Shown: one piece after another, positions 17,864 through 26,413 of the stretch
How the letters are laid out: every line of letters begins with the position of its first letter
How positions within the stretch are numbered: the first letter of the stretch is position 1
From: Candidatus Cloacimonadota bacterium
Lineage (GTDB): Bacteria; Cloacimonadota; Cloacimonadia; Cloacimonadales; WRIO01
Length of the DNA stretch: 36,338 nucleotides
Assembly: GCA_029564175.1 (NCBI GenBank)
Contig: JAKQQL010000067.1
Coordinates: forward strand, 1-36,338
Direction of reading: 5' to 3'
The notes under the pieces: model-generated
Told to the model about the DNA's origin: nothing
Database searches by the model: none
The model's input: the letters and a program-made list of their open reading frames with translations, nothing else
Made by a program: the position numbers and the translations under genes

Positions 17864-19585
17864 ATGAATAAAAGACTTAAAAGTCATTCTTTCTTCTTAA
17901 AGTACTTGTTGATTCTGATTTTTATTACTTTTACGCATTCTATCTTTGCAGAAACGATTAAAGTAGGATTATACAATAATCAACCCAAAATTTTCATTTC
18001 TGAAACAGGAAAAGCATCCGGTATTTATGTTGACATCTTAGAAGCAATTGCAGAAGAAGAAAACTGGACAATAGAATATGTCTCAGGCACCTGGAATGAA
18101 TGTTTATCAAGATTGGAAAATGGTCAGATTGATCTGATGCCTGATGTTGCTTATAACCCTGAAAGAAATAAGATTTATTCTTTTCACAAAATTCAGGTAT
18201 TGTCTTCATGGTCTCAGATTTATACTTATAAAGGCTCAAAGATATCATCCATTCTAGATTTGGATGGTAAAAAGCTGGCTGTTCTGGATAATTCAGTTCA
18301 GCAACAATCACTGCTTAATTTTATCAGCGGATTTGACATTAAACTTACATTAATACCTTATCCTGATTTTGAACAGGCTTTTGAAGCAGTTGCCAGAAAA
18401 AAAGCAGATGCTGTTGTAAGCAATCATATCTTCGGACTGATGCATGCGAGTAAAATGGGTCTTGAAGAAACTGCTATTATTTTCAGTCCCAGTTCATTAT
18501 ACTTTGCGACTGCTAAGAATAAGCATTTAGACATTCTTAATACAATTGATCGTTACTTGATAACGTATAAAGCGGATTCAAACTCTGTTTATTACAAATC
18601 TATACAAAAATGGATTTCACAGGTTCAGCCCAAAAAGTTACCCAGATGGGTAATTTTGATAAATCTGGCAGTTTTTTCACTTCTTATATTGACGACCATT
18701 GCCAGCTTTATCTTAAAAAAACAGGTAAAATTAAAAACAGCTGAGTTAAATAAAAGCTATCATGAAATGGAAAAAAAAGTCATCGAAAGAACTGCTGATT
18801 TAGCAGAAGCAATGGAAAAAGCGCAACAGGCAGACAGATTAAAATCTGCCTTTCTGGCAACAATGTCTCATGAGCTGAGAACGCCACTCAACTCGATTAT
18901 CGGCTTTACAGGTATATTACTCCAGGGACTCGCTGGAGAACTCAATCCTGAACAAAATAAGCAGTTATCATTGGTTAAAAAAAGTGCCAATCATCTTCTA
19001 TCCTTAATCAATGATGTATTAGATATTTCCAAAATCGAATCGGGGCAATTATACTTGTTTTACGAAGAATTTGATATCAGGGCATCCATTGATAAAAGCA
19101 TCAAACTGATAATGCCTGCCAGTGATAAAAAGGGCATTCAGTTAGAAGTCAATATAGCACCTGAAATTGACAAAGTATATTGTGATCAACGGCGTATAGA
19201 ACAAGTTATTTTGAATCTCCTGAGTAATGCCGTAAAATTTACAGAGCAGGGTTATGTCCGACTCACTTGTTTTTATGATAATGAGAATTGTATCATTTCC
19301 ATAGAAGACAGCGGGATCGGCATGGATTCTCATGAAATGGATAAACTCTTTTTACCTTTTAGCCAAATTGACACCGGCTTATCAAGAAAGTATGAAGGGA
19401 CAGGTCTGGGGCTATCCATTTGTAAAAAACTGATTGAAATGATGAATGGCAACATACGAGTAAAAAGTGAATTAAACAAAGGTAGTATATTTACAGTAAT
19501 TTTCCCTTATAAAAAAGATTCTGCCAATATACTGAATGGAAACAATGTCAAACAAACTGTTACTTCGCAAGTCAGTAACTTATGA
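17864..19585 (+). CDS. Sensor histidine kinase with extracytoplasmic substrate-binding (SBP_bac_3-like) domain
   Basis: Signal/TM, solute-binding domain (G..VDILEAIA, GQIDLM), TM, FLATMSHELRTPL H-box, NLLSNAVKFT, DSGIG and GTGLGL motifs. Confidence 0.93.
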   Translation: MNKRLKSHSFFLKYLLILIFITFTHSIFAETIKVGLYNNQPKIFISETGKASGIYVDILEAIAEEENWTIEYVSGTWNECLSRLENGQIDLMPDVAYNPERNKIYSFHKIQVLSSWSQIYTYKGSKISSILDLDGKKLAVLDNSVQQQSLLNFISGFDIKLTLIPYPDFEQAFEAVARKKADAVVSNHIFGLMHASKMGLEETAIIFSPSSLYFATAKNKHLDILNTIDRYLITYKADSNSVYYKSIQKWISQVQPKKLPRWVILINLAVFSLLILTTIASFILKKQVKLKTAELNKSYHEMEKKVIERTADLAEAMEKAQQADRLKSAFLATMSHELRTPLNSIIGFTGILLQGLAGELNPEQNKQLSLVKKSANHLLSLINDVLDISKIESGQLYLFYEEFDIRASIDKSIKLIMPASDKKGIQLEVNIAPEIDKVYCDQRRIEQVILNLLSNAVKFTEQGYVRLTCFYDNENCIISIEDSGIGMDSHEMDKLFLPFSQIDTGLSRKYEGTGLGLSICKKLIEMMNGNIRVKSELNKGSIFTVIFPYKKDSANILNGNNVKQTVTSQVSNL

Positions 19586-19601
19586 AATATAGGAGTATCT
19601 C

Positions 19602-19967
19602 ATGAATAAAACACTACTTATTATCGAAGATAATCCAGACAATTATTATCTGATGAAATTCCTGCTTGAAAAAAATGATTTCCAGATTATTGGAGCTGAT
19701 AATGGTCTTGATGGTATAGAGATGGCAAAAAATAAGGATATCAGTGCAATTTTACTAGATATTCAATTGCCTGAAATGGATGGTTATGAAGTAGCCCGTA
19801 GAATCAGAAAATTGCCTGAACTTAATCAGATACCGATTATTGCGGTAACATCTTACGCAATGGTTGGTGATAAAGAGCAGGCGATAAAAGCAGGAGCTAA
19901 TGGTTATATTGAAAAACCAATAAATCCGGATACATTTGTATCTGAAATTAAACTGTATCTGAAATAG
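19602..19967 (+). CDS. Single-domain response regulator (DivK-like)
   Basis: IIEDN, LLDIQLPEMDG, AVTS and EKPI motifs. Confidence 0.93.
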   Translation: MNKTLLIIEDNPDNYYLMKFLLEKNDFQIIGADNGLDGIEMAKNKDISAILLDIQLPEMDGYEVARRIRKLPELNQIPIIAVTSYAMVGDKEQAIKAGANGYIEKPINPDTFVSEIKLYLK

Positions 19968-19977
19968 AGGAGAAAAA

Positions 19978-21687
19978 ATGAATATCCTGATTGTTGATGA
20001 TAATGATGTAAACATATACTTTCTTGAAACACTTTTTAAGGGATATGGTCACAAATCCTATGAAGCAAAAAATGGTAAAGAAGCACTGGAAGTTTTACAA
20101 AAAGAACAAATTGATTTAATCATTAGTGATATCCTGATGCCTGTGATGGATGGTTTTACCCTATGCCTTGAAGTTCATAAAAAAGATCAATTGAAAGATA
20201 TTCCTTTTATCTTTTATACAGCCACCTATACCGGTCCGAAAGACGAGGAATTCGCCAGAAAAATTGGTGCTGACCGTTTTGTTGTAAAACCATGTGAACC
20301 TCAGGTAATGATGGAACATGTAAATGAACTTTTAAGCAATTCTCATCAAACACCAATCAAAGATAATGAAATCGCTGAAAATGATGAAAAAGATATCTTT
20401 AAACTTTATAATGAACGGCTTATTCGAAAACTTGAACAGAAAATGATAGAAGCGGAAAAAGAACTAATCACCAGAATTGAAATTGAAGATGCCCTCAGAA
20501 GAAACGAAGCAATTTTAAATGCAACTCAAGAAATTGCTAAAATAGGCGGTTGGGAATATGATATTTTTAATGAAAAGATATACTGGACGAATGAGGTTTA
20601 TAACATTCATGATATTGAAAAATCTGAATTTACTGAAACACCTGAAGACGTGATTGCTAGAAGTCTTGAGTGCTATTCTGAAAACGTAAGAGATCAGCTC
20701 AATATCGCATTCAGAAAATGTGTTTCTGAAGGGATTCCTTATGAATTGGATTGTGAATTTACCAGTAAAAAAGGTAGAAAGTTATTCGTAAAAACCTCAG
20801 GATATCCGGTTTACGAAAATGAAATGATAACAAAGATCTATGGTTATCTGATGGATATTACTCAGTATAAGGAAGCTGAAAAGGAAAAAGAATCTCTCAA
20901 TGCTCAATTGAGGCAATCTCAAAAATTGGAATCTCTAGGTCAACTTGCCGGAGGTGTAGCTCATGATTTTAACAATATTCTGTCAATCATTCTGGGGTAC
21001 AGTGAAATTTTGTTACGAACAATGCCTGCAGAGATGGAAATGCATAATGAATTACAGGAAATTGTCAATGCTGCAAAAAGAGCATCAGATCTGACCCGAC
21101 AACTGCTTATTTTCAGTCGTAAGCATATCGTTCAACCTAAAATAGTAAACATCAATGATTTGATTAAAGATCTGGAAAAAATGTTAAATCGCTTAATCGG
21201 AGAAAACATTAAAGTAAAAAATATACTGTCTGAGAATATATTCAAGATAAAAGCAGATCCTGGACAGATTCAACAAATTATCATGAATCTGGTTATTAAT
21301 GCCAGAGATGCGATGCCATTGGGTGGTGAGATCACAATAGAAACCAATAATGTGCTTGTTAATGAAGAGAATGCCATTAAATATCAGGGTGCAAATTTTG
21401 GTCAGTATGTTGAATTAAAGGTTAAAGATAATGGCACTGGGATGGATGAAGCCACTTTAAACAGAATATTTGAGCCATTTTTCACTACCAAAGAAGCTGG
21501 TAAAGGTACCGGATTAGGATTGTCAACTGTTTTTGGTATTGTCAAACAATCTGAAGGCTACATTTTTGTTGATAGTGAATTGAATAAAGGAACACGCTTT
21601 ATTATGATCTTTCCAAATACTACGGAAAAGCTCAATTATCAAAAAGAATTACTAGAAGAAGAAGATTTGGGAGGAAAAGGCGAATAG
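19978..21687 (+). CDS. Hybrid sensor kinase REC-PAS-HisKA-HATPase (CckA-like), truncated before its C-terminal receiver by an in-frame TAG
   Basis: N-terminal REC (ISDILMP), PAS, GVAHDFNN H-box, NLVINARDAM, FEPFFTTK and GTGLGL motifs; ends GGKGE-TAG. Confidence 0.9.
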   Translation: MNILIVDDNDVNIYFLETLFKGYGHKSYEAKNGKEALEVLQKEQIDLIISDILMPVMDGFTLCLEVHKKDQLKDIPFIFYTATYTGPKDEEFARKIGADRFVVKPCEPQVMMEHVNELLSNSHQTPIKDNEIAENDEKDIFKLYNERLIRKLEQKMIEAEKELITRIEIEDALRRNEAILNATQEIAKIGGWEYDIFNEKIYWTNEVYNIHDIEKSEFTETPEDVIARSLECYSENVRDQLNIAFRKCVSEGIPYELDCEFTSKKGRKLFVKTSGYPVYENEMITKIYGYLMDITQYKEAEKEKESLNAQLRQSQKLESLGQLAGGVAHDFNNILSIILGYSEILLRTMPAEMEMHNELQEIVNAAKRASDLTRQLLIFSRKHIVQPKIVNINDLIKDLEKMLNRLIGENIKVKNILSENIFKIKADPGQIQQIIMNLVINARDAMPLGGEITIETNNVLVNEENAIKYQGANFGQYVELKVKDNGTGMDEATLNRIFEPFFTTKEAGKGTGLGLSTVFGIVKQSEGYIFVDSELNKGTRFIMIFPNTTEKLNYQKELLEEEDLGGKGE

Positions 21688-22044
21688 ATTTTGATCGTAG
21701 AAGATGAAAAGCCCCTAATAGAATTGATAGAAAATATGATTATAAAACTGGGTTATAAACCCATATCAGCAACGAATGGCTATGAAGCGTTAAATCTAGT
21801 TAAAGATCATAATTTAAAACCTGATTTAATTATCACAGATATCGTCATGCCAGGTATGAACGGAAGAGAACTGATTCAGAAATTATCAGAGATATTACCT
21901 GACCTTAGAGTGATTTATATCTCTGGTTATACGGATAACACAGTCATTGACAGTAAAGATTATTTTCCTAATGCACCATATCTGCAAAAGCCTTTTAGCT
22001 TTATAGCAATTGCAAAACAAATCAAGGCAGCTTTGAGGAATTAG
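21688..22044 (+). pseudogene. In-frame C-terminal receiver domain of the upstream hybrid kinase, separated by a single amber codon
   Basis: Same frame as 19978: GAA TAG ATT TTG ATC GTA GAA GAT GAA reads GE*ILIVEDE; the receiver is intact (ITDIVMP, ISGY, QKPF). Confidence 0.75.
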
Positions 22045-22127
22045 TATGGATTAGCTAAACAATACACTTTTTTATTTTTTGGTTGACAATATTGAAGTCT
22101 CTGAAATAATGAAGTAGAGGTTTTAAT

Positions 22128-23033
22128 ATGTCACTATATTTTAAAGATAAAAATAAAATCAGTTTTAAAGTAGGTATTTTTACAATTTGTGTAATCATCC
22201 TCTTTGTTATCAGCTATTCGTATTTAAATGATTTAATCGACAAGCACAAATATTCAAGTATAAAAGTCCTTTTTTCAAATATTAATAATCTGGAACCTGG
22301 AAATTCTGTTACGATTAATGGATTAAAAAAAGGGAGAGTCAAAGAGATCAAAGTAGTTGAGAACGGAATTTTAGCAACTATCTATGTAGATATTGATTTC
22401 CCTTTAAAAGAAGGCACTTTATTTATTACAAAAGAATCAGATATTATGGGAAATCATCAGATTGATATAATTCCAGGGTCTAAGGAAGCACTTCTCAATG
22501 TCAATGAAATACAAAATGGATATACTCGTGAAGGATTCACTGACCTCATCTACAGAATGAACAGTATGGCAGAAAATGTAGAGAGAATATTCACAAAATT
22601 AGAAAAAGCAGACAATCTGTTAGAGAATCTCAATTCCTTTTTAGAAAACAGTAATACTACTTTTACAAAGATAGACAGACTAATCAGCAATCCAGATAAA
22701 AATGATATCAAAACCATTGTTCAAAATTTAAATCACTCAACTAAAGAACTCAGTCATTTGCTCTCTGAAAATAAAGAACAAATCAGTCAAGCAGTCAGAC
22801 AATCAAATACCACACTCACAAATATCAATTATACGCTTGCCACAGTCGATACCGCAATGATTTATCTGAATCAGGTAGCAAAAAATATCAATAGCGAAAA
22901 CAGTTCAGTCGGCGCATTGATTAATGATAAAACCTTGTATAACAATTTACTGAAATCCAGTCAGAAAGTTGATTCTCTGCTGATTGATGTAAAGAAAAAC
23001 CCCAGAAAATATTTTAGAATCAGTATTTTCTAA
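22128..23033 (+). CDS. MlaD/MCE family protein with long helical C-terminus
   Basis: FKVGIF plus TM, NLEPGNSVTINGLKKGRV MCE motif, coiled-coil tail, D.KKNPRKY ending. Confidence 0.9.
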   Translation: MSLYFKDKNKISFKVGIFTICVIILFVISYSYLNDLIDKHKYSSIKVLFSNINNLEPGNSVTINGLKKGRVKEIKVVENGILATIYVDIDFPLKEGTLFITKESDIMGNHQIDIIPGSKEALLNVNEIQNGYTREGFTDLIYRMNSMAENVERIFTKLEKADNLLENLNSFLENSNTTFTKIDRLISNPDKNDIKTIVQNLNHSTKELSHLLSENKEQISQAVRQSNTTLTNINYTLATVDTAMIYLNQVAKNINSENSSVGALINDKTLYNNLLKSSQKVDSLLIDVKKNPRKYFRISIF

Positions 23034-23059
23034 ACAAAATAAAAAAAGAAAATGGAGGT

Positions 23060-23755
23060 ATGATGAAAAAAGTGATTTTCATCCTTGTACTTATCAGTGT
23101 CACAGCCCTTTCATTGGGTTGCAGAAGCACCGGTAAAGTCTCATTAAAAAACCGTGAAGACAGTTTAAGTTATGCGTTAGGTCTTCAGGTGGGACAAGCA
23201 TTAGAAAAAGGCTTAACCAAAGTGGATTACAGAATGTTTATCCGCGCCATGAAAGATGCTGCTGACACATCCAAAATTGCACTCAGCAATGAACAAATCC
23301 AAGTGATTCTCAATACCTATCAGGTTGAAACCCAGCTTAAAATGCAAAAAAAACGTGAAGAAGACAGCAAGAAAAACAAAGAAGACCAAACAAAATTCCT
23401 TGCTGAAAACGCAAAAAAACCAGGCATAATGTCACTTGAAGGTATTCAGTATAAAGTGCTTCAGGAAGGTACTGGCGAAAAGATTCAGGGTAAAGACAGA
23501 TTCGAAGTTGAATTTATCGGCCGTACATTTGATGGTAAAGAATTTATGAATTCAAAAGAAGCACCTGAACCCATCATTGTTAGCTTAGAAGAGGTTTTCC
23601 CTGGATGGCAGATTGCTTTAAAGAATATGAAAGTTGGATCAAAATGGGAAATCTATCTTCCAGATTCCTTAGCTTTTGGTGAACACGGAGCTGGAGAAGT
23701 AGGACCTAATCAGGGTGTTATATTTGAATTACTTCTTAAGAAAATCGCAAAATAA
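23060..23755 (+). CDS. FkpA/Mip-type FKBP peptidyl-prolyl isomerase, lipoprotein
   Basis: LSLGC lipobox, DSLSYALG dimerisation domain, GIQYKVL.EG.G and PGW..AL..MKVGSKW motifs; ATG 23063 is an alternative start. Confidence 0.9.
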   Translation: MMKKVIFILVLISVTALSLGCRSTGKVSLKNREDSLSYALGLQVGQALEKGLTKVDYRMFIRAMKDAADTSKIALSNEQIQVILNTYQVETQLKMQKKREEDSKKNKEDQTKFLAENAKKPGIMSLEGIQYKVLQEGTGEKIQGKDRFEVEFIGRTFDGKEFMNSKEAPEPIIVSLEEVFPGWQIALKNMKVGSKWEIYLPDSLAFGEHGAGEVGPNQGVIFELLLKKIAK

Positions 23756-23762
23756 AATAGAC

Positions 23763-23794
23763 AAGGTACCTTCTTAGTGAAGGTACCTTTTTTT
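23763..23794 (+). terminator. Intrinsic terminator
   Basis: AAGGTACCTTC-TTAGT-GAAGGTACCTT followed by a T run. Confidence 0.8.
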
Positions 23795-23811
23795 AATTCC
23801 TGGAGTGGATT

Positions 23812-24798
23812 ATGAGTGTTATTTTTTATCATTCGCCATTGGGTATCATCGAGATTGTCTTCTCTAAAAACAGTATTTCTTCTCTTCAGTTTGTTAATCA
23901 ACTCAATACGCCATTAACAGACTCAATTGAAGAAATTGACATCGTTTCAGGTAAATTAATCATCCAGTTTTTAGACAATTATTTCTTAGCTCAAAAACAG
24001 GAATTATCGATGAATATTCTCTCTTCAGGAAGTTCCTTTCATCTGGAAATTATGAGCAAGATTCAAAAAATACCATACGGGCAACATATAACATATTCTG
24101 ATCTTGCCAGTCAATTAGGGTTGAAAAACGCTGTAAGAGCCATTGCAAATTCTTTAGGCAAAAATAAAGTTCTTATTCTTAATCCCTGCCACCGAATCAC
24201 CGGAAAGCATAATCAAGGCGGTTATAAAGCAGGTGTCTGGAGAAAGAAATATCTCTTAGCATTAGAACAAGGAGATTTAAAAAACTTAGGGCTTAACATT
24301 AAGGCTGTTCATTTGAACGAAAATATGCCGGCCTGGAAGGAGCTATATGAAATTGAAAAAGAAGCCATACTCAGTATTTGCGATGTCAAAACCGAACAGA
24401 TAGCACATATAGGCAGTACTTTTATCCCAAACTTTATTTCTAAACCAATTATTGATATTATGTTAGGCATCAATCCAGAACAGGAAAACGAGATATTATC
24501 CCGCTTAAAGTTGATTGGATGGCATTATAAAGCTAATTTTGATCCGAAAGAATGGCATTATCTGGCTAAAGGTGTAGGGGATTTTATCACGCATCATCTT
24601 CATGTATGTCATTATAACTCCGTTTTTTTTAAACAACATATCGCTTTCAGAGATATCTTGGTGAACCATCCAGAGATACTCAAACAATATGAGAATCTAA
24701 AAACTAACTTAAAATCAGATTTTGCGCAAGAACGAAAAGCCTATACTCAAGCTAAAAGTGATTTTATATTCTCTGTATTACAAAAATTTGGATATTAA
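23812..24798 (+). CDS. Fusion of methylated-DNA--protein-cysteine methyltransferase (Ogt) and GrpB/UPF0157 domain
   Basis: SPLG, IPYG..TY, RAIA, NPCHR active site and KKYLLALE; then HIGST.IP...KPIIDI, HLHV, FRD, Y..LK and YTQAKS GrpB motifs. Confidence 0.9.
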   Translation: MSVIFYHSPLGIIEIVFSKNSISSLQFVNQLNTPLTDSIEEIDIVSGKLIIQFLDNYFLAQKQELSMNILSSGSSFHLEIMSKIQKIPYGQHITYSDLASQLGLKNAVRAIANSLGKNKVLILNPCHRITGKHNQGGYKAGVWRKKYLLALEQGDLKNLGLNIKAVHLNENMPAWKELYEIEKEAILSICDVKTEQIAHIGSTFIPNFISKPIIDIMLGINPEQENEILSRLKLIGWHYKANFDPKEWHYLAKGVGDFITHHLHVCHYNSVFFKQHIAFRDILVNHPEILKQYENLKTNLKSDFAQERKAYTQAKSDFIFSVLQKFGY

Positions 24799-24800
24799 TT

Positions 24801-25277
24801 TTGAGATCATTACTACTCTTATTGTTAACATTATTTTATCTGTCTGCCTGTAAGCCTACCCCTGATAATCAAAGTACGAATCAAACAGATACTTTTATCA
24901 AACAAGGTGAAGTTATCATAATCAATGACATGGGAGACAGTATATATTTTGAAACAGAGATTGCTGATTCTCCTGAGAAAACAGAAAAAGGGCTTATGTA
25001 TAGAAAAGAGATGAAAGATAATCAGGGAATGTTTTTTATCTTTGATTATGATAAGCCTTTATCTTTTTGGATGAAAAATACCTATATACCCCTTGATATT
25101 ATCTTCATTGACTCTAATCTTCAAATTGTATCAATCAGTGAAAACTGTATGCCTTTAAGTGAAGATATGATACCTTCTCTAAAACCAGCGAAGTATGTTT
25201 TAGAAGTTAATGCTGGTTTAACAAGAAAACTATCTATAAAAATTCAGAATAAAGTAATATTTAGGGATTTAAGATAG
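24801..25277 (+). CDS. DUF192 family lipoprotein
   Basis: LSAC lipobox, EIAD...GLMYR, GMFF, FWMKNT.IPLDIIF and YVLEVNAG motifs. Confidence 0.92.
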   Translation: MRSLLLLLLTLFYLSACKPTPDNQSTNQTDTFIKQGEVIIINDMGDSIYFETEIADSPEKTEKGLMYRKEMKDNQGMFFIFDYDKPLSFWMKNTYIPLDIIFIDSNLQIVSISENCMPLSEDMIPSLKPAKYVLEVNAGLTRKLSIKIQNKVIFRDLR

Positions 25278-25287
25278 GTATTTAAAT

Positions 25288-25851
25288 CTAATTATTTAGT
25301 TTTTGGAGTATTTCATTCATCAGATTTGGATGATATAACTTAACTTGTTCAATTATTCTGTCTCCAAATTGTTGTGTCCAAAGCACAGCTCTATCAATCA
25401 AATCAGAATCATCTTCAGGAATATCGTCAAATCGATCGGGGAAATATTTGATTATCAGTTTTCCTTCACTTTCCAGGAATAATAAATACTCTTTTGCATT
25501 ATCAATCATGATTTCTTTTAAAGGTTTAACAGCTGATTCAGAAACAACTTCTTCATCCCAGCTTGTTCTGTTTTCTAAAAATAGTTCTGAAGAGAGCATA
25601 TAGATTGAGCCTGATTTCCCATTGTATCGCAAATCAAAAGCACCTTTAAATCTTTCACAGAGATACATAATTCCTGAATCTAAATCCCTGCCAATTGCAC
25701 AGGTAAAATCTCCCCCAATACTACTAATAAACAAGGCACTAGCCACAATGTCTTTTGTAGCATATACCCATTCTTTCTCATGGGTACTTGTTGAAGGGTT
25801 TATGATTGTTAATGAAGAAATGGATGAACTGTGATAAACGAATTTGTCCAT
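25288..25851 (-). CDS. Hypothetical protein, possible ADP-ribosyltransferase-like fold
   Basis: GAGGAG RBS; VYHSS, VYAT, GSIY and EEVVS pattern. Confidence 0.7.
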   Translation of the reverse strand: MDKFVYHSSSISSLTIINPSTSTHEKEWVYATKDIVASALFISSIGGDFTCAIGRDLDSGIMYLCERFKGAFDLRYNGKSGSIYMLSSELFLENRTSWDEEVVSESAVKPLKEIMIDNAKEYLLFLESEGKLIIKYFPDRFDDIPEDDSDLIDRAVLWTQQFGDRIIEQVKLYHPNLMNEILQKLNN

Positions 25852-25886
25852 AATAACTCCTCAAAAATGATATTTTATTTCTTTTG

Positions 25887-25918
25887 TAAAAGAGAAAAGC
25901 ATCGGTTTCCCGATGCTT
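25887..25918 (-). terminator. Terminator after tRNA-Leu
   Basis: Minus strand AAGCATCGG-GAAA-CCGATGCTT-TTCTCTTTT. Confidence 0.8.
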
Positions 25919-25922
25919 AATT

Positions 25923-26010
25923 TGGTGCAGAAGGCGGGACTTGAACCCGCATGCCCTATTCGAGCACAAGATCCTTAGTCTTGCGTGTCTGCCAATTCCA
26001 CCACTCCTGC
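25923..26010 (-). tRNA. tRNA-Leu, anticodon AAG
   Basis: GCAGGAGTGGTGGAATTGGCAGACACGCAAGACTAAGGATCTTGTGCTCGAATAGGGCATGCGGGTTCAAGTCCCGCCTTCTGCACCA: 7-bp acceptor stem, long variable arm, A73, encoded CCA; anticodon stem CAAGA/TCTTG with loop CT-AAG-GA. Confidence 0.95.
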
Positions 26011-26021
26011 TTGATGAAGAT

Positions 26022-26336
26022 TTATTTAGGTGCTACAGGTAATTTCTGAGCTGGTTTTTGAGTAGCTGCAGCTTCCTTTTTAAGTTTTTCTGAAATATTA
26101 GATTTTTTTGTCTGACCTGGATTCATCGTTGCCAGTAAAACGCAAGAAATAATAAACACGCCAAACATCACCTGAGTAGTACGTTTAATGACTTCACTTG
26201 CTCCTTGAGTTCCGAATGTATTTGAAGCAATACCTGAAAAGTTACTGTCTAAGCCACCTTTTCCAGTTTGCATCAAGATTACCATCATCAAGACGAGGCA
26301 TATTAAAATATGTATAATTACGAGTAAAGTCCACAT
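26022..26336 (-). CDS. secG: Preprotein translocase subunit SecG
   Basis: Two TMs, ILMQTGKGG...F.G....FG..G....KRTT signature; followed by tRNA-Leu as in many bacteria. Confidence 0.93.
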   Translation of the reverse strand: MWTLLVIIHILICLVLMMVILMQTGKGGLDSNFSGIASNTFGTQGASEVIKRTTQVMFGVFIISCVLLATMNPGQTKKSNISEKLKKEAAATQKPAQKLPVAPK

Positions 26337-26413
26337 AATCTATCTCCTTTTATTAACTATATTCAAATTATAAGAAGGCACTTTTTTTGTCAATCTTTTT
26401 TTTTAAATATCTA

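Noticed and set aside
21685..21687. Genome-wide TAG reassignment
   Set aside because: cysS, the GntR gene, the 19602 regulator and rocD end in TAG at expected lengths, and no other internal TAG was seen.
25288..26010. Integrated island at tRNA-Leu
   Set aside because: No integrase and no duplicated tRNA 3' end noticed in the window.
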